Made by a program: the position numbers and the translations under genes
Notes under the pieces: model-generated
What the model was told of the DNA's origin: nothing
Seen by the model: the letters and a program-made list of their open reading frames with translations, nothing else
Database searches by the model: none
Part shown: positions 26,401-37,754 of the stretch, piece after piece
Layout: the number at the start of each line of letters is the position of its first letter
Numbering within the stretch: position 1 is the stretch's first letter
DNA from: Yuukianura sp. NJ FZ-2021
Taxonomy: Eukaryota
Length of the DNA stretch: 64,000 nt
Direction: 5' to 3'
Assembly (NCBI GenBank): GCA_046563655.1
Contig: CM102287.1
Location: forward strand, 6,572,001 to 6,636,000

Positions 26401-29400
26401 TCACTTAAAACTTATTAATTATTCCGGTAATAAATAGTGTTCTAATAGAGGCGCGTCCGAAAGGTCGAAAATTCTTATAAGCGGCGCGCTTATATTAGAG
26501 CATTTACGGTAACACTGGATGCTAATTCTCAACTTTTATATAGGTTAGCTCAGAACGAGAGTGGATACGTCATTCAAATGAATTCAATTCACTGTGGCAG
26601 TTCCCAAACTGTTTAGGAGCTATAGATGGAAAACATTGTGCCATCAAATGCCCGCAGAATGCTGGGTCGCTCTTCTATAATTATAAGGTTACAAGCATCT
26701 TAACATTGAATACAACCAAAATAACCTATATAACCTATGACACATTATCCAACTTAAGTATGCAATATTTACAGGGGTTTCATAGCATTGTACTAATGGC
26801 CGTAGCCGATGCTCGTTCCCGTTTCACCTTCTTTGATGTCGGTGCTTATGGGAGTGAAGGCGACTCTGCGGTTTTTGCTTCTTCTGTTTTTGGAAAATCG
26901 TTAGCTTCGGGAAAACTAAATCTGCCATCGGACCAGAAAGTCTACGGGAAACTCACGCCGTTCGCTTTCCTCGGCGATGATGCATTTCCCCTTCATAAAA
27001 ACATACTGAAGCCGTTCAAGCCAGCTAAAAACAAGCCTACATTGGATATTCCGGAACGAATATTTAATTACAGGTTATACAAACCTAATTCTTGAATGCG
27101 CTTGTTTATCGAATAGGTTAGTAACTGCAGTACCTGATCTAACCTATTTTTTATATAGACTCAGCAGAGCTAGGCGGTGTGTGGAAAATGCATTCGGTGT
27201 GATGTGCTCGAGATGGCAATGTCTGGCCCGAACAATGTTTCTCAACCCAGAAAAAGCTCAAAAAGTTATAGCCGCCTGCTGCCTCCTGCATAATTGGTTG
27301 ATGCAAGACAGAGAAACGTATTGTCCCCCTGGCTTTATGGACACATACGATGACGATGGAAATCTTGTACCCGGCAGCTTTCGGCAAATCCTTCCAACCG
27401 ACTCCTTATTCCACGCTTCGGTTTCTCAGTCGAGTGGGTCCGGTGGAAGGCCGCCTGCAGACCCTCTAAAGCAACGTGACCACCTGAAAGCCTTCTTTAA
27501 TTCGTCCGAGGGCAAAGTGGAATGGCAAAACCAATCAATTTTTGTGGGATGAATTTAACATTCTGAATTTATTCGTACTTTTAGTAGGTTAGGTGCTATT
27601 CTGGTAGGTTAGGTAATGAATGAGTACAGTTGGCTTGTCTAATAAAGAAAAGCTAACCTATGTGCTAACCTGTGTGCTACTGCTGTCTATTCTTGATAAA
27701 AAACTGTCGTTCCCTCATACTCTTTCAATGTGCTGTGTGTGGCAGTGAGGATCTGCATGTTTAGGTCCTCGACAACATTCTCAGGAAGTTTTTTCCACAT
27801 TCGATCTAGGTTAGCAAACATTGAGTAGTACTTGAGTGACGAAGGCGCTGTCTGTGTGTCATCTGACGTTTTCACAGTTTGAAGTTGATGCCTCTTAAGT
27901 TCCACAAAATTTGACAAGGATTCGGCCAACTTCTCTGACGTGTCCGCTTTGCGTTTGCGAGATGCCTGATGAAAGTTACAGATCACTTTAGTCATCTAAC
28001 CTATATAATACTAGAACGCTATATGCTTACTTACAAAAGCGTAAACTGGAGTAGAAGTAGAATCGGTTTTACGAGCCGGAGCGTTCTGCTGTGTGGATGG
28101 TCCAGGCTCAGATGGAGAGGCCAAAGTTTGTACAGAATTTTGGGAACATTCCTGCTCTACGTCGACTAGGCCAATTTCGTCAGGAGTGTTTGGAGGAGAA
28201 TATTCAGTATCGACAGAATCAAGTGTCCTATTAGTACAGACGAGATATTTAACATGATTAGTACACATTACAGCATTTGGTCGATAGGTTAGGTTCAGGT
28301 AGGTTAGGCTAACCTTCGGGCTGGTTTAGATTCGAGTAGGAACTTCATTTCCTCCCATAACTCCCAGTCTGTGTTCGACTCGATTGAGGTAGCCTCGTCG
28401 TTGTCATTCGTTCCATCTTCCAGTTCAGCCGGTTCACCGGATTTACCCTTCTTCTTCTTGTTTGACTTATTCCGATATCGTAGGCATTGACGCATAGACC
28501 TCCAGGCGCGCTTGCAGTCAGACTCTGCATAATAAAAAATTAGGTTATTATTAGAAAAAAGAAAGCAATCGGAAATAAATAAGCCAAACGAGGTTTCGGT
28601 ACGTATATGCACTCGGATTGTAATAAATAACTACTAACCTATGCTGCATGTGGTCAGACTACAGTTATGATTTTATTTTAATACTTACCCGATTCGGATA
28701 ATGTCCTTGCCACTGATTCCCAGGCAGCTGTTTGAGCTAAATTATTCTGATGATCACCGCTAGTGAGGTCCCATAAGCAGGGAAATGACCTGACTTGTCT
28801 TGCTAGGTCTCTTTTCTTGTCAGTGTCAAACGATTTCAGTGAACCTGTTTCTTTTTTCCCCATATTAATTGGTTAGGACCACTGCACGGGAATAATGGAA
28901 GAATAGTAATTGACAAACTTCTAAGACTATTCTAATTTCTACTATATCGTAGTTCTATCCAATCAACAAAAATAATAGTTTAATTATTGGGTCAATTTTA
29001 AAATTTACAAATTTCGCGGGCAGATTTTGCTTTGCCTAGCCAAAAATAATGTCCGGGTAGTTTCTCGATTTTGCTAGCAAAAAGAAGTGTTTTTTTGCGT
29101 AGGCAAAGGTTTTGGCTAGCAAAAGCGTGTAAGGTGTAAACTGCGTGGCAAAATCTCAAACACGCGCATGGCAAAATGACCGATTTTGCTAGCATGCGTG
29201 TATTGCCTAGGCAAAACTCTGTCCTGTAAACCGGGCTTTAGAAAAAAATCAGATGATTTTTATTTAAGGTTTCAAAAGTTTTGATGAGGACAGAAGGACA
29301 TTTCGATATTATAAACTAGCTTCGCGCGTGGGCTTTATCCGAGGAAAACATAGGCATGGAGTAAAATACGCCAATGAAAATGATGTACGAAAAAATCCGC

Positions 29401-29773
29401 GGAGTTGTAATCCGTGTATTAGAGAGACCCTATTTTGTCACCTCTTTTCTCCTTTTACAAAATTTGATGGCTTTAGCTAGCGACTATTCATTTCTCATAA
29501 ATTATAGACATTCAAGCGTTGTTCTGATTGCAAATATTTCAGCTTTTTGGACAGGTTCGGAAAGTCCGAATTACAGCAATTTCTTACTTGATCAATTTCA
29601 ATGTAGGTGCATTTCACTTTGTGATTATTTCCAGAGTAGCAGGCTGCAGGGATGTAAACGATATCCTGAACCTCATCACATGGTCGATCCGAATTTTTAC
29701 CAAATATTACGGTGTTATCGTCGGTTAATGGAGGAAGGCAAACAAAAGTATCACACGATTTAGGACATTCCAT
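23467..29773 (-). CDS. SCRN: Secernin family protein (peptidase C69 / Ntn hydrolase, ~388 aa). Exons 29773-29588, 24589-24078, 24013-23901, 23822-23467
   Basis: [56 protein letters not shown] and HWFTGT. Exons are in frame (1167 nt). Intron 1 is 5 kb because of the transposon insertion. Confidence 0.93.
24922..27552 (+). CDS. Harbinger (HARBI1-like, DDE_Tnp_4) transposase, ~424 aa. Exons 24922-25065, 25159-25322, 25408-25537, 26544-26687, 26775-27073, 27159-27552
   Basis: [69 protein letters not shown] and CCLLHN. The spliced ORF is 1275 nt with no stops. The exon 3 donor (AAC|GTTGCA) is weak and was inferred from phase. Confidence 0.9.
25570..26509 (+). mobile_element. Internally deleted pogo-family (POGK-like) element nested in transposase intron 3
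   Basis: TA duplication (25568-69, 26510-11), 25-bp TIR CCGTAAATGCTCTAAT(GC/AT)AAGCGCG, and subterminal TCTAAT..AAGCGC direct repeats. Confidence 0.9.
25789..26392 (+). pseudogene. Pogo transposase remnant (Brinker-like DBD, CENP-B HTH and start of DDE_1)
   Basis: [17 protein letters not shown]...[18 protein letters not shown], then VYDWILNQR...[23 protein letters not shown]. The region of the first catalytic Asp is degenerate ([12 protein letters not shown]) and the rest of the DDE domain is deleted. Confidence 0.82.
27687..28863 (-). CDS. Harbinger DNA-binding protein, MADF (Myb/SANT-like) with a BESS-like C-terminus, ~285 aa. Exons 28863-28689, 28524-28314, 28227-28035, 27965-27687
   Basis: [21 protein letters not shown]...AAWESVA...[19 protein letters not shown], an NLS-like RKRK, and a BESS-like [24 protein letters not shown]. 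Exons are in frame (858 nt). Confidence 0.85.
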
Positions 29774-31632
29774 TGCTTCTGTAAAAGTTTGGAAGAGCTT
29801 AATCACAGAGCGTAAAGTATAAACACCGAAATATGTACCTACCTTATGCAAACTTATAAAAAGGAGACGGAGATAGGGTTGAGTTTAGGCGAAATTGTAT
29901 CCGGTGTAACCGCAGCGATTGGCACAGTCAGCAGAGCATGTCCAAATCCCGAGAAATTAACTTTACTTTGTTAGTGATTAACTACCGACAACCTTAAATA
30001 GGGCAGGACAATGCTCAATGGTTGAGCACTGGTCTTCTGGAAGAGTAGGCAATCGATACGGCTTCAGACATGTCGGAGCGGGTACAAAACCGAAGAAAAA
30101 AAGAACGAGAAACCGTTTAAACGAGTTTCGTGCACCGAAACGTCGCTCATAATTTTGAGTGGCGAAATGATGTCTTTTTTGTGCGAATAGGTACAGCAGG
30201 AATTTACCGCGTTGGTAACACCTCACTTGAGAGGAAACGAAACATAAATTCAAAACCTCCCGCCCGGAATGTTACAGCTCAAATGTTATCTAAATCTATA
30301 GAATTTTGATTCGTTACCACCGTCGTTAGACTTTGTGCGGAAAAATGACTTCAGTTTTCTAATCAATCACCCTCTGAAAACATAGTTATTCTGCATCGTT
30401 CACCAGTCTATACGCCATGTCATCAAACCTTTTGTTTTCCAAAGAACGTGAAAGGTACCCCGGGAATTTCCCCGTTGGTGACAACAGGAATAGATTATCC
30501 ATTTAGTAAGAACGGAAATTGTTCGGACAACGGAAAAGTTACTACGCATTTTTACATCGTTAATGTAGTAATAAAATTTTGAGTTGAATGTAGACCTACA
30601 CTTAAAGAACTTGAGCGAAACGTAACCCCCGAACAGAATGGGGCGTATGGTTCAGTGCAAAAAGTGGCAAACAACGTTACACATGTACGGACAGACGGAC
30701 AACGTCGTATGAATAGTCTTTTTCAGCATGTCCTAGACATTCGTCTCCCAGAAGACTAAAAATGGCACCTATAAAACTTGTTTTGTCCAATCATTTCCAC
30801 TTACCATGACATGACACATGAAACCAACGAATGAGGTCAGGGGTTAGATTTGGTCGTTTTGGTGAGGCTTCAACCAAACAATTTACAAATTAAATTAGCC
30901 ATAAAATTTCTATTATAACGTTTTAAATCCGTTTTCACTGGTGACTACAATTACTTAGAAGATATCACATCAATGTGCTACTAGTAGGGATATGCAGTTT
31001 TATTCAATTTACGTTATGTGAAGTCCAGTTTTATGGTAGCATGTTCCGTTCCAGTTTCACTTCCAGAAGCATCCCATCGAGCGACGCAAAATTTGAAGAA
31101 GGATAAGGCAAAACAGGATGAGGCAGGTACGTGATCGCAGAACGCAGCGGAAGCAGTAGTAGTCTTATTTTAGAAAATCGATGGAACCGTGGCGTGGCGT
31201 AGACTTCTCATGACTTTCACCCTGCTTACAGAAATGGCCTTTCTCTACTTTCTCCCTAATCCAACAGGGGATTCTCCGGGTTGAAGCAGCCACCAACATC
31301 CAAAGTAGGTCACCGTTCCCAAGCTGCTTTGCCTCACCCAGAAGGTTATTCGCCTCTTCGTCTTCGCTGCATGACTTGCCTCGTGCACTACTACCCGAAT
31401 TCGGGTAGTCGTCTAACCCATTCGCTCCCTGGAGCTCCGTTCAGGCACACACGCTTCTTCTCCACCACCGGTTCACGCCAAAACTACCTTGGCGAAGATT
31501 CATCTTTCAGCGAAGGTGGCATCTCCACTACATTAGTAGGGTGGAGGTCATTTTCAATGGTTTTCTAGTATCGTTTACTTATCCAACCTTCGTAACATTA
31601 CGCTAGGCTACTCCTGACCAGCGAAATTCGAC

Positions 31633-34272
31633 ATGGCATTGACACTTGGAGATGAGTCGTCTCCAGGCAACATCCTTGCTCTCCTGGACAGAAACGACGA
31701 CGAAAATCGGCGTCCCTTCAAAGTGGTCAACTCCACTCGCGAGATACGAACGGGCCTGACTGCAACATCCCTTATTGACTTGATTGCCACAGCAAAGGAC
31801 AAACTGGAGTTAGACCCCGAGCACTATATTCGGGTTGTACTTGAAGCCGACGGAACTGAAATTGACGACAACGATTACTTTATTACACTGGAACCGGGTA
31901 ATTTGAATATTTTTATAGCCTTCCGCGCTTCTTGTGTTGTCATTTTGGATTCCTGCTGCAATTTAGCTCTCTTTTATTAAATGTTTTAGTAAAAAATTTA
32001 TTTATTTTTTTCATATTTCGGAACAGACACGACGCTCATGATACTTGTTGAGGAAGAGAAATGGACTCCGTACAGATCATTCTTGACGTGAGTTTTCACC
32101 TTGCACTTTGCCATTTAAGCACGTTTTTTGTTGTCTCCAACTCTTTATGAAGGCGAGAACTTTCACCAAAGTCACTTATCGCATTTTTCCTGTTTCGCAA
32201 TTGTTGCCAACTCGAAACTGAAGTGTACAAAAGGCTTTATTTGTCTTTAGAAACCCATTTTTTGTCATTTCTTTTTTCTTTTTGTTACAAAATGGAACCG
32301 AACTTATTGTCCCATCTCAAGAGAAAGTTTTTTTTTGGGCAGAAATTGCTGACAATGAGATGTGATGTGAGTCGCTTCGGCGTAACCACTTTCATTTGTA
32401 GTACAACGACTCTCTCGGCAGGCGTTATTACGTCATGGCTACTGTTCCTATTAGAACAGAAAATGATGCTGACATAACATGAAAAGAATGTTGCACGTAA
32501 CTGTGCTTCGCCAGCACAAGAAATATATAAACATTTCCAAAATTCTGATTCAATTAAAGTGTACACGAACTTTCTCTTGGACGCGAACCATCCGAAAATT
32601 GAATTTACAGCAATTTATTGTGCTGGCTATAACTACATTACTAGACTGACATTTAATAAATTATTACTAAAATAAAGCAAGTTAATCCTACCGTTCATTT
32701 TTCATAAAAGGCTTAACTAGAAAGACCTAATCCTTGCGTGCTTTAGTTTTCACTTTCATTTCGGAACTCCTTCTCCTACTCTTTGTTTTGAATTTTTCAA
32801 TTTACATCAACCCGCTGTCTGAATTACTTTAAATTAAAACTTTTTAAGAAAAATTTTCTCAGATATTCCTTTGATATGAACAGAACAAACACCTTTGAAA
32901 CGTAAAGTACTATTCATTTTATTTTAATCATGAATGAACCGAACCAATGAACCGACTGATGGGAGATGGTTTAGCTTTGTAAATAATTGATTCGTCTCAA
33001 CTGTAAGTTGTTGGCGAAGGGCATAGATATGTCTCTAGAGACTGCAATTTAAATTTCAAATGCCATGTAATGTCTACAACAATTTTGGAACAAGGTAATT
33101 GAATTCCAGTGTAGAAACCGCTGCTGGAAAACAAGAAACTGCAGCAGGTTTAGTGTGTTTTCACGTATCCTAATAAATGCTCGTTCACCTTTGTTTCCAG
33201 ATTCGATTCTGTAGGCGTGTCTCCTTGGAGTTCATTGACAGAGCTTATAAAAGCTTTACATGGACATGTAGGCATTCCTGCTGGAACATAAAAATCAATA
33301 GGGATTTTACTTTTAGTAGAAACTCTTGGTAACATGACTACTGCGAGTTTCCTGACAGTGATTATCATGAATAGAGAAACTGGAGTTTGCACTTTCCCTT
33401 GACATGAAGAGACTGGAAGTTGATTAAAATTGGCATTCGAATTCGCAATGTTCGATTTCTGGAGAGTAATTTTGCGAATAACCTGGATTTGGCATGCTAA
33501 ACCCAAGGGATTTTCCCTTCCAGAGATTGAACAAGTTCAAGCTCTTAGATTAATTTGCCAAACAATTCCAGTTTTACAGATGGAATAACAAAATTTTATC
33601 AAAATCAATACTTTTTTCAATTTATGAGCTGTATGTAACTTTGTGTAGGCTTGGTCTTGCTCTGGAACCGAGAGATGAACATGGAGAAGGAAGGCAAAGT
33701 GGGTCAAACAGTACGCCAGCATCTCCGGTCGAAGAATTGGTCTGGAGACTCCACCAAGACTTGTCATTTTTTCCGTGGCTCACGCCCATGGAACTGGAAG
33801 TAAGGAGTTAATGCAGTGAAAGTTATTTAAAATTCAAAATCAAATAATCACCCCTCTTTCTCAAAAAACCACTCAAAAAACTTTCATTCCAAAGCAGTTA
33901 GATTAAAAATTACCATGAAAATAACGTTTTTGCTTCGGAAGAAGCATCTTCCTGATTCCAGTAGAATGACGATGCATGTGCCTCTAACGATAAATGACAT
34001 TTGACATTTTGAAAAGTTGATGGTAAAAAACTGTGTACTTAACGTCTTTGTAGACTATTGCCAAAATGGATCGAGACGAGATGAAAAAGGTGGTTCCAGA
34101 TGACAAGTTCCTGGAATTTTTGCAAGACTTGTGTGAACGGTACCTTCAGGACAAAGAAAAAGACGGCGTCACTACTATACTCAACGATCCAATCAAATTG
34201 ATCCGGATGTACTCCAAGTACAATCACGTTCTACAGAATTCGTTCGACCAAAATATACGTCGTACAAATTAA
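31633..34272 (+). CDS. CIDE-N domain protein (DNA fragmentation factor-related, Drep-like), ~231 aa. Exons 31633-31897, 32027-32087, 33649-33799, 34054-34272
   Basis: CIDE-N motifs RRPFKV...GLTATSL...VVLEADGTEIDDNDYFITLEPDTTLMIL...KW. The downstream exons are phase-compatible and resemble Drep2-type helices. Confidence 0.82.
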
Positions 34273-36399
34273 ACACCACAAATTACAACCTTGACATTGT
34301 CAGTTGACTCCCTTACTCTTTGTATACTATGTGACCTCCTCATGATTTTAAACCTTGAAGCAAGTGCTTTGAAATTTACACTCTCAATTGGGAAGTGTTG
34401 CACAATTTAGTTGCTCAAAACAATTCGAAAGCAAAAATGCTTCTCACTCAAAGTTCCGTCTGCATTTCAAAAGGGAAAATTCACGGCCGAAAAAATCTAC
34501 AGTCCAAATGGAAATCACCTCTTCTTAATGTACCTTTAAATTAAATACAATTAGGTTGACACGTTGTAACATAGGTTAATTTTCGCAAAATTATTGATGT
34601 GTTTGTGTTTAGTAAGGCTACAAGATTGATTTGGATAGAAACAGCTCAAAGCTAGTCAGAAAATTATGAGTTTGTCATTTTGGTTGAGGTAAGATGGAAT
34701 TTCACCGGTTGCAACCACACAGTTTAGCCATTGTATCCACTCAAATCAGTGAGTTTTACTTTCTGGACCTAATCAATCCTAACCTGGTTAAATGTGGAAA
34801 TATCTAATTTAGCCATCCATTGTATTACCAACCGGGTGGTTATAAATATGGTTGTAATGCCGGTGTTACACTGTGTATGCAGCGGGTGCAATTCCGTTTT
34901 ACCGTAACCAAGCTTTTTAAAGTTAAACTTTTATTAGTGTTTGGAAGGTTTGGAAACAGAAGAATTGCATCTTGGACAATCAAAATGTACGGGCGAATTC
35001 AATGTGTAAAAGCGTACAGGAATTACAGAGTTGTTTCTAAAAAAAATTGATTTTGGCAATCGAAAGTTCAACAGCTCGTGTAAAATGGTAGTCAACGCTA
35101 ATTGTAATTAGTAACTAGGCAATTTCTTAACAGTTTTACATTTTGTCTTACAAGAAAATAAGCACCATCACCTCATTTTTGCCAACCAAAACTTAAAGAG
35201 GGATACATTTAGTAGGTTTAGTTGGAAATTACTTCCACTGGATAATTTCCACACTGATTCGTACGGTGCTATTTGTAAAATGCCACACTTTTGTAGTAGC
35301 CCAAATTAAGTTAAAACTTTGACTTCACAAGTCAAAAGTCAGTGAACACTGATGTGTGAACTTTCCATAACACGAAACAATTATGGTGAAAGTTACTCCT
35401 TGCTAACACTAGCCAATCTGTATAGTTAGGTAAGTTTACAAAACTTTATGGAATTTTGGTGTTAAGCGTGGTGGTTTAGGATAACTTTTCTTTTTGAGTT
35501 TCAATGCAAAATCATGTTTGCATCTCTTTGAAGCATACCTGTGATTATTGCTAAGGGTGGAAAGTTGGTTACAAAATCAATCGAACCTCTTTCCATATGA
35601 ATCAATTGTAAAAAGCAGTCCGAATGTAGTTTTAGTTAAGTAAGCCAAGCCAACACATTGCAAAATTCTTTTATTGAGCTTAGAAAGTCAATAATTCAAA
35701 TTTCAGAACTTTGTTTTTTCGAAAAGTGAGTCAGAAACAGTATTGTCTTTTCCCGAGCATTTCGGATTGATTTCCTATAATTCCGATTTTGAAAAGTGCT
35801 TAATTGGCAAAAATTGTCGCTATTTCTGCTAAAATTATGTAATTAAGATGTTGCAAAATTTTGTTTGAATTCTTTAGTGAGTTTTTAATAGTGTAAAATA
35901 GGTGACGGTAACTCATTTTGATGGGGGGAAACCTTTCATTAACCACTCTTCCGATACTTCCCACTTTGAGTAAAAAAAAACAAAGTTTTGCACAAACGGG
36001 GTCGAGGAAATGTGTGAATTTATTAGGGAATGAAAACTTTGAAATCCGAGGTGTAATAAATCTAAATTCAAATTTGAGAGCCACAAAAGTTCTCTTCTTT
36101 ACCTATTCAATATTTGAAACTAAAAATCAATGTAGTGATTCGTTTGTGTGAGATTCATTCATGCGATATTATTCATGTCTCATTCATCATACTATATATT
36201 TCAAAAATGCTGAAGTTGTAGTTAAAAAACTGTGAAAACCGTCGTCATGCCACTTCTAAAACAGCAAGTTTTGATAGTAAACAACGTTTAAAACAAGTAA
36301 AGGAGCACAACTTATTTTTGAAATTCGACGAATGCGCGCATGCGCTAAAAATTCAGGCGTCATCGAGTACAATGATCATGTAGACTTGAACAAACAGAG

Positions 36400-37589
36400 A
36401 TGGGGGTACTCGACAAGTACTTTATTCAAGTTCGTGAGTACTTAGATCATGCGCGAACTGAATTTGAAGACAGATGGACCAACCAGCGGAAATCTACAGT
36501 CAAATTGGCCGACTTCAATCGAACCAAAACCCTTGGAGCTGGCGCCTTCGGGAAAGTGATTTTGGTCCAGCACAAATCGTCAAAGGAGTTCTACGCCATG
36601 AAGATTCTGGACAAAGCTTACATTGTCCAGCTCAAACAAATTGACCACACTATGAACGAAAAACGGGTCTTGGCAGCAGTCAACTTCCCATTTTTAGTCT
36701 CTCTCAAATTCCATTTCAAGGACAACACGAACCTGTACATGGTCATGGACTGTAAATGCGCATGCTCATCAAAATTTATGAAACTTTTGTGTTGTTTAAC
36801 TTTTTAACCTTGCACTTTATGTATGCAGTTGTCAATGGCGGAGAAATGTTTACGCATTTGCGCAAAGCGAAGCGGTTCAGTGAAGAGTTGTCCCGATTTT
36901 ACGCTTCTCAAGTGGTTTTGGCTTTTGAGTATCTTCATTACATGGACATTGTCCATCGTGATTTGAAACCAGAAAACTTACTGATTGACAGCAAAGGCTA
37001 TGTGAAATTGACTGATTTTGGATTTGCAAAGCGAATCAAAGGAAGAACTTGGACTCTATGCGGGTAAATTCCTGGAATTGGTTTTTGTACTTATTGAGTT
37101 ATTGGAAAACTAAAGTAAATCAATTTTGTTTTCAGCACGCCCGATTACTTTGCTCCGGAAATCATTTTGTCCAAAGGTTACGGAAAACCAGTTGACTGGT
37201 GGGCAGTTGGCGTGTTGATATTTGAAATGGCTGCTGGCTACCCACCATTCATGGCTGATGAACCAATCAAAACATACGAGAAAGTAACTGCTGGCAAATA
37301 CAAGTTTCCAAGTCATTTTTCACATGAGATCAAGGACCTTGTGTTCAATCTTCTGCAAGTTGACCTGAGCAAGAGGTTTGGAAACCTGAAGGAGGGCGTT
37401 AATGACATCAAGTCACACCGTTGGTTTGCCACTACTGACTGGGTGGCCATCGTCAACCGTCGTGTCCAAGCCCCATTTGTTCCAAAAGTCAAGGGAGCTG
37501 GAGACGCCACGAACTTTGATCAGTATGCCGAGGAAACCATCCGAGTTGAGCCAACGGATCGATTCGCAAAGGAGTTTGCAGATTTTTAA
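36400..37589 (+). CDS. cAMP-dependent protein kinase catalytic subunit-like (346 aa). Exons 36400-36751, 36829-37063, 37136-37589
   Basis: [44 protein letters not shown] and C-terminal FADF. The spliced CDS is 1041 nt in frame. Confidence 0.95.
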
Positions 37590-37754
37590 ACAAAACGAGA
37601 TTTTAACTGAACTTTGACCTTGACTTTTCAAAATTATTTTTAAATTCTAAATTAATTTTAAAATTTGGAAAATACACTGTGTTTAAAATACTTTCATTTT
37701 ATTGTACCACAGTAGTCAAGGTTTGAGCATAGTTATTTAAAATGAGTTCTTTCT

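Larger units (their letters stand above)
24614..29237. mobile_element. Full-length PIF/Harbinger DNA transposon
   Basis: 19-bp TIRs AGCCCCGGTTACAGGACAG / AGCCCGGTTTACAGGACAG (17/19 match), TTA target-site duplication (24611-13, 29238-40), and convergent DDE transposase and MADF genes. Confidence 0.93.

Noticed and set aside
31281..31568. 95-aa ORF upstream of the CIDE gene
   Set aside because: No homology recognised. An in-frame stop precedes the CIDE ATG, so this is probably 5' UTR or intron.
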